Origin: an uncultured Gammaproteobacteria bacterium
GTDB lineage: Bacteria; Pseudomonadota; Gammaproteobacteria; Steroidobacterales; Steroidobacteraceae
Assembly (NCBI GenBank): GCA_963789375.1
Contig: CAWBKN010000007.1
Location: 36,188 to 100,187, forward strand
DNA length: 64,000 nt
Direction: 5' to 3'
Position numbers and translations under genes: made by a program. The notes beneath the pieces were generated by a model that saw only the letters and a list, made by a program, of their open reading frames with translations, ran no database searches and was not told the origin of the DNA. This document shows positions 57,045 to 64,000 of this stretch, in pieces. The number at the start of each line of letters is the position of its first letter. Position 1 is the stretch's first letter.

Positions 57045-57977
57045 GCGATCAGCTCCCGCTCCAGCGCGCCGGGGTCGAGGTCCCCCGCATGGAACAGGAG
57101 CGCGCGGTTGCGCGCGTGGATGTACTGGCGCCACGCGTAGTCGAGGATCGTCCCTACGTCGCCCTCCCGGCCAATGCGCGTGAACGCAGGCGGTCAGGCT
57201 GCCGAGCAGGATCGACTCCAGCGCAACCTCGTTCGTCGCCACCGGCGGGGCATCCCGTCCGGCGACGGTCCTGACCAGTTCATCGAGCGCCACACCGTCC
57301 CGGCGTGCCGAGGCGTCCCGCAGCCGCGCGCAATCGATCCTGCCACCGACGATGAAATCCCCCGCATCCCCCGCGCCCCAACGCAGGTGCTTGTACAAGG
57401 TCATCAGGTTGCGCAAGTCGATGTAAGCGACGAAGAATCGCCTGATCGCCGGATGCAGGCGCAGCTTGCCCAGGCTCTCGAGATGGGCACGCACCAGTCG
57501 ATGCTCGAGCCCATGCAATCCCTCCCTGGCGTAGGCGCGCTGCAGCAGAGCGACCTCGTCGGCTTCGTCGGACCACGCCTCGGCGAGCGCAGCCGTCGCG
57601 GCGGCGACGTCCTGCTGCCCGAGCATTGCGTCACGGAGCGCATCGCTCAACTGGCTGTCCGCGAGCAGTCGCTCGACGTCCGACGCGCGCTCGGCCGCCT
57701 TGTTCCTCAGGCACAGCACGATCGTCTTGATCTCGAACAGGACGAACACCGGCGTGAAGTGATCACGCAGCGCGCGGTTCATCTGGGCGCGCAGCCAGGC
57801 GAATTCCCGCAGCATCGCGTCCCAGATGGCCTCGTCGGACGAAGCCGGCGTCCCCCGCGGCGTGCGCGAGTTGCGCCACTCCGCAGCCAGGGCGGCGCGG
57901 CGCGCCCTGACTCGCGCGAGCAGGTAATCGGTGGGGTAACCATCCCCCGGCAAGTCACGCAGCAGTTGCTTCATCAC
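57041..57977 (-). pseudogene. V/A-type ATPase subunit C (eukaryotic d-like), one frame break near 57180
   Basis: [62 protein letters not shown].. The shifted frame gives ..[50 protein letters not shown], overlapping the F start (ATGA). Confidence 0.75.
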
Positions 57978-58540
57978 GTGACTCCGGCAGGAGGGTTCCG
58001 ATCAGCGCTGGCAGGATGTCCGGCCAGGCCATGGCGAGCCGCGTCTCCAGTGTATTACTGACGTGGACGCGCCCCTCGACCGCATCGACGGTCATGCCGC
58101 CGGAGATCGATGGATCACACACGACCTCGGCCACGGGAAACCTCGAGCGCGCCAGGTCAGCGTCCGCCGGATTGACCCGGACGCGCTGCCAGTCGAAGGC
58201 GGGCAGCTCCGCCGCAAGCGCCGAGAACAGTGCGCCGCCAAATTGCTCGCGAAAGCGAGGCAACTCCTCGGCGGCCAGGCATCGGCAGCGCTCGGCGAGC
58301 CCGAGCGGCAGCCTTGGCGCGAGCTTCGCGGGCGTGTCGCCGTGCCTCGGTCATGGACTCGCTTTCGATCTTCCGCTTGAGCGCCGTGGCCGCTTGCGAG
58401 TATTTCGCGCGCTCGGCCGCCGCCACCCGGGCCAATTCCTCGCGGTAGGCCTCCGCGGTGGCCCGGGCATCGCCCCACACGGCCTCGCGGTCAGCCGCGG
58501 CCTTGCCCCGCAGCGACTCGAGCAGTGCCTCGCGGCCCAT
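57955..58540 (-). pseudogene. V/A-type ATPase subunit E (peripheral stalk), one frame break near 58310
   Basis: Coiled-coil N-terminus MGREALLESLRGKAAADREAVWGDARATAEAYREELARVAAAERAKY.. (ORF 58157..58540). Globular C-terminus ..VRVNPADADLA..GGMTVDAVEGRVHVSNTLETRL.. (ORF 57955..58263). Position between K and C. Confidence 0.7.
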
Positions 58541-58543
58541 GAC

Positions 58544-58777
58544 TCATCCCTGCAGCAGGATCATCGCGGCGATCACGAAGCCGAGGATGACGATCGTCTC
58601 CGGGATGGCGAGCAGGATGATGATCGTCGCCGTGAGTTCGGGCTTCTCCGCCAATGCGCCGGCGCCCGACGCGCCGATCCGCGACTGGACCCACGCCGTG
58701 GCCAGCGCGCTGATGCCCAGCGCGAGGGCGGCGGCAAACGCCATCAGGACCTTGTCCCAGTGCACTGCAACGTCCAT
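58544..58777 (-). CDS. V/A-type ATPase proteolipid subunit K (single-hairpin c subunit)
   Basis: MDVAVHWDKVLMAFAAALALGISALATAWVQSRIGASGAGALAEKPELTATIIILLAIPETIVILGFVIAAMILLQG, 77 aa, two TM helices with the conserved PET carboxylate. Resembles the Thermus-type proteolipid as I recall it. Confidence 0.85.
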   Translation of the reverse strand: MDVAVHWDKVLMAFAAALALGISALATAWVQSRIGASGAGALAEKPELTATIIILLAIPETIVILGFVIAAMILLQG

Positions 58778-58788
58778 GGCAGACCTCC

Positions 58789-60663
58789 TTATTCGGCTTT
58801 CTTGAGCGGCTGGTAGCGTCGACCGCCGGTCTCGAGGAACTTGCTGAAGAACTCGACATAGTGAAGACGCAGCGCGTGCACGGTAGGCGCAAACACGCCG
58901 AGCACGATGTTGAACGCATGCAGCAGCACGGCGACGAAGACGCCCAGCCAGAGGCTGCCGGCCGCGCCCGCGAGGCTGTTGGCGACATAGGCCAGCAGCA
59001 CCGACGCGAGGCCGACGGCCATGATGCGCACGTAGGAGACGACGTTGCCGAGTGTCCGCAGCAGTTCGAACGGCGCGAGCAGGCCGCCCGTGAGCAACAG
59101 GACCGGCACGGCGACGAGGACCGCCATCAGCAGCGGCTTGCGGAACAGCTCGCCGACCGGCGCCATGTACGAGGCGAGCAACCCGCCGATGCAAAGCAGC
59201 ATGACGATGCTGACGACCCTGGAGGCCGCTTCTTTCCTGTGGTGAGCCTTTACGGCGCCAAACACCCCGACGACGAGTCCGATGAGCATGTGAACACCGC
59301 CGACCGCGAGGGCGAAGTACAGCATCGGCATGATCGAGGTGCGCCGATCGATGCAGGCGGTCTGCAGCCCGAGCAACCGCATGCCGAAGTCGCCGAAGCA
59401 TTCGCCGTAGAGGACGCCGAACACGATCGTATAGATCGATGCGACCAGCAGTATCTGCCCGACCTGCCGCAGCGTGCGTCGACTCCTGCGTTTTCCGACC
59501 AGCATCAAGGCCCCGGCAGCAAGAAGCAGCAGCGCGCCATAGCCCACGTCGCCGAGGATCATGCCAAAGAAGAGCGGGAAGAAGATGCCGATGAAAGGCG
59601 TGGGATCGATCGACGTGTAGCGCGGTGTGGGCAGCATCCGCACCAGCAGTTCGAATGGCCGAAAATAGCCCGTGTTGCGCAACGCGACCGGCACTTCCTC
59701 GAGGTCCTGCTTGAGGATTTCGCGCTCTTCGACGACGACCGTGTCGCCGTGGTGCTCGGCGAGTTTGCCGCGCAACCCGTCGACGGCCGCGGCCGGCATC
59801 CAGCCATACAGGACGAAGCATCGGTCGGTCTCGTAGACCGACGCGCTGGTCCGCAGCAGTGAAAGGCGGCGCTGCAGCCACGCCCGCACGCTGGAGTAGA
59901 TCCCGCGCCAGGACGTCGCGAAATCGTGGGCTTCCTTCTCGATGGCTGCGATTTCGGCGATCAAGCCGTCACGCTTCTGCTGTGCGAGCCGGAGCTTCTC
60001 CGGCAGCGGTCGTTCTTCCAGGTACGACGGCAGGCTGATCTCGGGGATGTGGCTCTCGCGCAGGCTCTCCTTGAGCTTCGCCGCCAGGTCCTTCTCGGTC
60101 GTGAGCAGGCCGATGTAGGAACCGTCCTGGGCCTGGGCGGTGCGGACCTCCGCGCCCAGCAGGACGCGGCCCGCGACGCGCGTGAGTTGCTCGAGCGCGG
60201 CGGGATCCCTCACCTCCACGCCGATGAAGTCGAGACCGGCCGCCTCCGCGCCTTTCGGTGCGAGCGACTCGACGGTCGTCAGGAACACGAGGTAGCGACC
60301 GAGCTGGGAGAGCTCCGCCTGGAGCTCGTCATGGTGCTGTCTGCGCTTCTCGGCGGCGTCGAGATGCTTGCCGATGACGTTGGCGATCGAGTTGATCGCC
60401 CGCGACGGGTCCAGGTAGGACTCGCGCGTCTCCACCTTCGGCAGCAGGGCCAGCAGCCGCTCGACCTTCAGGTTGAGGTCTTCGAGGAACAGCCGCTCCG
60501 CGAGCGTCTTGCCGTCGAGCGCCAGGGGCCGGATCTCAGGCACGACGCCTTCGTCGATGCGCTGCCGGATGTCGGGATCGATCTGCAGGACCTCCGACCT
60601 CTGGATCGTCTCGAGCACGGGCAGCAACAGGGTGCGCGGCCCGGTGATCTCGACCTTGGACAT
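58789..60663 (-). CDS. V/A-type ATPase subunit I (a-subunit, stator/ion channel)
   Basis: MSKVEITGPRTLLLPVLETIQRSEVLQI.. soluble N-domain, then 7-8 TM helices with ..NVVSYVRIMAVGLASVLLA.. (essential Arg region) and ..LRLHYVEFFSKF.. Start at the internal Met of ORF 58789..61050. Confidence 0.88.
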   Translation of the reverse strand: MSKVEITGPRTLLLPVLETIQRSEVLQIDPDIRQRIDEGVVPEIRPLALDGKTLAERLFLEDLNLKVERLLALLPKVETRESYLDPSRAINSIANVIGKHLDAAEKRRQHHDELQAELSQLGRYLVFLTTVESLAPKGAEAAGLDFIGVEVRDPAALEQLTRVAGRVLLGAEVRTAQAQDGSYIGLLTTEKDLAAKLKESLRESHIPEISLPSYLEERPLPEKLRLAQQKRDGLIAEIAAIEKEAHDFATSWRGIYSSVRAWLQRRLSLLRTSASVYETDRCFVLYGWMPAAAVDGLRGKLAEHHGDTVVVEEREILKQDLEEVPVALRNTGYFRPFELLVRMLPTPRYTSIDPTPFIGIFFPLFFGMILGDVGYGALLLLAAGALMLVGKRRSRRTLRQVGQILLVASIYTIVFGVLYGECFGDFGMRLLGLQTACIDRRTSIMPMLYFALAVGGVHMLIGLVVGVFGAVKAHHRKEAASRVVSIVMLLCIGGLLASYMAPVGELFRKPLLMAVLVAVPVLLLTGGLLAPFELLRTLGNVVSYVRIMAVGLASVLLAYVANSLAGAAGSLWLGVFVAVLLHAFNIVLGVFAPTVHALRLHYVEFFSKFLETGGRRYQPLKKAE

Positions 60664-60996
60664 CCTAACGAGCACGGACGCGTCTCCGGCACGAGCACCA
60701 CGAGGCACTCGCGCACCTTGTCTCTCAGCGCTGCTTCGGACCAGCGATCCACCGCCCCCGTGACCTGGGCCGATTCGGCCAACGCCAGCGCCGCGTGGTC
60801 TTTCGCAGACTGTCCGGACCGCCTCTTCGGCCCGCTCTGCCTCCTGCCGGATCCGTTCCAGCTCGGCCAGGTGCGCCGTCTCGATCTCGCGCCGCGCATT
60901 CTCGAGCCACTGGCTCGCTTGCTGGCGTTCGGCGTCGAGCTGCTCGCGCAACTGCTTTTCGACCCCGAGGATTTCCTGAAGTGTGCTTTGCTCCAT
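60664..60996 (-). pseudogene. Small coiled-coil V/A-ATPase subunit (G/H-like), first gene of the operon; 3' end unclear (frame break or fusion to I)
   Basis: MEQSTLQEILGVEKQLREQLDAERQQASQWLENARREIETAHLAELERIRQEAERAEEAV.. Typical peripheral-stalk heptad pattern, and its position upstream of I matches G-I-K-E-C-F-A-B-D operons. A plausible continuation ..AKDHAALALAESAQVTGAVDRWSEAALRDKVRE.. is in another frame. Confidence 0.5.
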
Positions 60997-61153
60997 GGCG
61001 GGCGGCGAAGCTTCCTTTACGAGCCTAGGCCGCCCTTTGCGCAATCGCATCGGGGATAATCGCCAGCCGACGTTCGCATTCGAACGGCGGCAGGTCTTTT
61101 GCGGTGTCCTTGAGCGTCAAGCCACTCGGACCGGTCACTGCAGGAGGTGACCC

Positions 61154-61714
61154 ATGCGTCGCCGCCCTTTCTCGACTATCCGCATCGGGTGCACGCTGCT
61201 GTTCCTGATCGCATCTCTGGCAGGAGGTTCTGTCATGGCCATGGAAATTTCGTCGACGGCGTTCGGCCCGGGTGCCGCAATCCCTTCACGACATACCTGT
61301 GAGGGGGGCGACGTTTCGCCACCCCTGAAATGGAGCGGTGTGCCGGCCGGCACGAAGTCGCTGGTACTCATCGTCGACGACCCGGATGCGCCGGATCCGC
61401 GCTCGCCGAAAATGACCTGGGTGCACTGGGTGCTCGCAAACCTTCCACCGGATGCGGATGGACTGCCGGAAGGCGTCTCGCGCGACGCCTTGCCGCACGG
61501 AACGATCGAGGGCCAGAACGACTGGAAGCGCACCGGCTATGGCGGCCCGTGCCCGCCCATCGGCCGGCACCGGTATTTTCACAAGATCTACGCGCTGGAC
61601 ATCGGCCTGGCGGGACTCAGACATCCGACCAAGGCCGACGTCGAGGCCGCGATGAAAGGACACGTGCTGGCGCACGCGGAGCTCGTGGGAACCTACGCGA
61701 AGAGCGCGCGCTGA
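61154..61714 (+). CDS. YbhB/YbcL-family PEBP (Raf kinase inhibitor-like) protein with signal peptide
   Basis: ..SLVLIVDDPDAPDP..WVHWVLANLP..GYGGPCPPIGRHRYFHKIYALD.. canonical PEBP motifs. Intact 186 aa. Confidence 0.88.
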   Translation: MRRRPFSTIRIGCTLLFLIASLAGGSVMAMEISSTAFGPGAAIPSRHTCEGGDVSPPLKWSGVPAGTKSLVLIVDDPDAPDPRSPKMTWVHWVLANLPPDADGLPEGVSRDALPHGTIEGQNDWKRTGYGGPCPPIGRHRYFHKIYALDIGLAGLRHPTKADVEAAMKGHVLAHAELVGTYAKSAR

Positions 61715-61800
61715 GCGAATCTCCGGCCGGTTCCGTAGTCGCGTCCACCAGGATCGCGCATGGCCGTCACTTGCATCCGCTTACGGATGCAGGCAGCCGG

Positions 61801-62636
61801 TCACAGGTGATACTTGAACATCAGGCTCACGGCCGACTGGTTCGTGTCGAACGCAGCTGAACTGGGGATCTGGTACTTGTTCCACCAGAAGTCCAGTTCG
61901 ACACCCGCAAACAACTTGTTGGGCTTGCCCCAGACGTTGCCGAGGTCGACCGACACCTGCGGATTGAGGTGATAGCTCCAGCTCCTCCGATCCGAGTCCG
62001 AGCACCCAGTCGAAATAGCCGTCCGCGAGGAACTGCGCCTTGCCGATGGCGAAGGGTCGCGCCGCGACCATGGTGACTTGCACGTCGCGGAAGCCGTCCT
62101 TCGTGCCCTCGGTGAGTTCGCTGCGTCCGTATACGTTCAGCTGCGCATACCTGAATCCGGACTCCCCCACGTCGAAGTCGAAGCCCACGCCGACGAGCGC
62201 TGCTTCGGCCACGTCGGCATCCTCGCCGCGCTCGTACGTACCGGCGACCAGCACGTCCTTGAACAGCGAGAACGACAGGTCCTTGTCGAGCGTCTTGCCG
62301 AGGCTGAGCCGCGGGCTGATCTCGCCGTACCAGGTGCTGTCGTCCGCGCCGTCGGGCGCGCCGTGAAACTTGATCAGCGTCGACGAAGATGAAGAGGTCG
62401 CCGATCCTGGAATCGTGCACGTGCTCGTACGTGAACGTCGACTGCTCGCCAGGATCGACCTCGAAGCCCCATCCATAAGGCAGCAGCGTCAGGCTGTTGT
62501 CGGACCAGTTGATGAACGGCTTCGGGTCCGCGGCGACGGCCTGGGGCATTCCCGGTGTTGCGTCCTGGGCGTGCGCCGCCCCGATGCAATTCACACACGC
62601 GAGCGACAGGCCCAGCAAGGCAATCCTGGAGTTCAT
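61801..62636 (-). pseudogene. Tsx/OmpK-like outer-membrane channel, about 2 frame breaks
   Basis: Signal MNSRIALLGLSLACVNCIGAAHAQ, ..NWSDNSLTLLPYGWGFEVDPGEQSTFTYEHVH.. (ORF 61827.. frame). ..WYGEISPRLSLGK..FRYAQLNVYGR.. (ORF 61781..62476). C-terminus ..LDFWWNKYQIPSSAAFDTNQSAVSLMFKYHL. Family call is by resemblance only. Confidence 0.55.
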
Positions 62637-62704
62637 GACTTGACCAATGTGACGAGGTTGATGCGGATCGCGTCGATGCGCAGGTGCTGCGCCTGCGCGC
62701 GACG

Positions 62705-64000
62705 TCAGGCCTCGACGGCCATGTAGACGAATCGCGCGACGAACAAGGCCGCCAGCGCGAACAGCAGCCAGTCGTCGCGGTTGACGCGCCGAGCGGCGAT
62801 CTTCAGGAGGGCGTAGGCGACCACGCCGAATGACAGGCCGTTGGCAATCGAGAACGTCAGCGGGATCGTGATCAAGGTCAGGAACGCGGGGATGGCGACG
62901 ACCGGGTCGTCCCAGTCGATCTCCATCAAGGGCGCCATCATCATGCCGCCCACGAGGATCAGCGCCGGTGCCGTCGCGGCCGCCGGGATCACCTGCGCCC
63001 ACGGGGCGACGAACAGCGTGGCGAGGAAGAGAAGGCCGACGACGACCGCCGTCAGGCCGGTGCGCCCGCCCGCCGAGACGCCCGAAGCGCTCTCGATGTA
63101 GCTGACCACGGTGGACGTGCCCGCCAGCGAGCCCACGACCGTGGCGCTCGCGTCGGCGAACAGGATGCGGTTCAGGCGCGGTATGGTGCCGTCAGGCTGC
63201 ACCAGTCCCGCCTTCTTGCTGACCGCCACGAGCGTGCCCACGTTGTCGAACAGGTCGACGAACAGGAAGACGAACAGGATCTCCAGCAGCGCCAGGCCGA
63301 AGCCGTGGCCGCCGATGCCGAGCGCAGCCGGGATATCGAGCTGGAACGCGGTCCCGGTCATCTGGCTCGACGTCGTAGGGCTGCGGCGCCCACACGGCGA
63401 GACCCAGGACCCAGCCGAGCACGGCGGTCGCGACGATGCCGATCAGGATCGCGCCGCGCACTTTCAGCACGGTCAGGACCGCAAGGATCGCAAGACCCAG
63501 CAGCGCGAGCTGGGTGGCAGGCGCGTGAATGTTGCCGAGTCCGACCACGGTGGCGGGGTTGGCCACCACCAGGCCCGCGCCGCGCAGGCCGATGAATGCA
63601 ATGAAGAGGCCGATGCCGGCAGCGATCGCCGAGAACAACGCACGCGGGATGGCACTGACGATCAGCTGGCGCACGCCGGCGAAAGTCAGCACCAGGAACG
63701 CGACACCGGAGATGAAGACGAGGCCGAGCGCCGTCTGCCACGGCACGCCCATCCCCTGCACCACGGTGAAGGCGAAGTAGGCATTCAGTCCCATGCCCGG
63801 CGCGAGTGCGATCGGGTAGTTGGCGATGAGCCCCATCATCAGGCAGCCAATGCCGGCGGCGAGGCAGGTCGCCGCCGCGACGCCTGCGGCCGGCATGCCG
63901 GTGGTGCTCAGGATCGAAGGATTGACCAGGACGATGTAGGCCATGGTCAGGAAGGTCGTGAACCCGGCCAGCACTTCGGTCCGGACGGTGGTTCCGGCTG
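62705..64000 (-). pseudogene. NCS2/AzgA-family purine (adenine/guanine/hypoxanthine) permease; N-terminus off-window; frame break near 63360
   Basis: ..LAGFTTFLTMAYIVLVNPSILSTTGMP..GMGLNAYFAFTVV.. (ORF 63192..63974). ..LVAVSKKAGLVQPDGTIPRLNRILFADASATVVGSLAGTSTVVSYIESASGV.. (ORF 62705..63361). Confidence 0.82.

Noticed and set aside
56727-57977. A C-F fusion protein (416-aa ORF), and a G/H-I fusion (753-aa ORF 58789..61050) in the V-ATPase operon.
   Set aside because: In the shifted frame, subunit C continues with a plausible C-terminus (..[35 protein letters not shown]) and stops in an ATGA overlap with the F start codon. The fusion is best explained by one frame break near 57180. The G/H-I junction is less clear, but I has its own typical N-terminus, MSKVEITG.

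Overview
High-GC (by eye about two-thirds G+C, not computed) proteobacterial chromosome segment. The backbone order is mltD-fabI, then ppiD-tRNA(Asp)-tRNA(Val)-hupB-lon-clpX-clpP-tig-tRNA(Leu). This is the classic gammaproteobacterial protease/chaperone neighbourhood; Xanthomonadales/Nevskiales-like is only a guess. The rest is accessory:
- MFS transporter, TPR-sulfotransferase, TonB-dependent receptor, C-N hydrolase, MocR regulator.
- YdjM-like hydrolase, MAPEG protein, DUF4397 lipoprotein, ybiT, deaD.
- Nitronate monooxygenase, POT transporter, prpE, an OMP, DUF202.
- Two arylsulfatases with an anSME maturase.
- A ~9.6-kb two-partner-secretion exoprotein with its TpsB.
- A NikM(PDGLE)-Q-O ECF importer with NikR.
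- A complete nine-gene V/A-type ATPase operon.
- PEBP protein, Tsx-like porin and a purine permease that runs off the window.

I saw no cas genes, CRISPR array, transposase, integrase or phage genes.

Three things stand out:
1. A family of intergenic elements built from tandem heptamers that each end in TAG (CGGATAG/CGGTTAG, and a CTAG-rich variant TGACTAG/TGGCTAG). They have conserved GGAAG and TRRGAGG flanks and usually occur as inverted pairs. One pair brackets a ~490-bp non-coding insert, and its terminal units supply the stop codons of fabI and ppiD.
2. The V/A-ATPase operon (G-I-K-E-C-F-A-B-D) has a catalytic A subunit that lacks the bulge/non-homologous region typical of this family.
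3. Several dozen single-base frame breaks hit otherwise well-conserved genes. They fall in blocks rather than evenly, so this is either patchy consensus error or real gene decay.

All frame-broken genes are listed as pseudogene with that caveat. Coordinates of their internal breaks are approximate.
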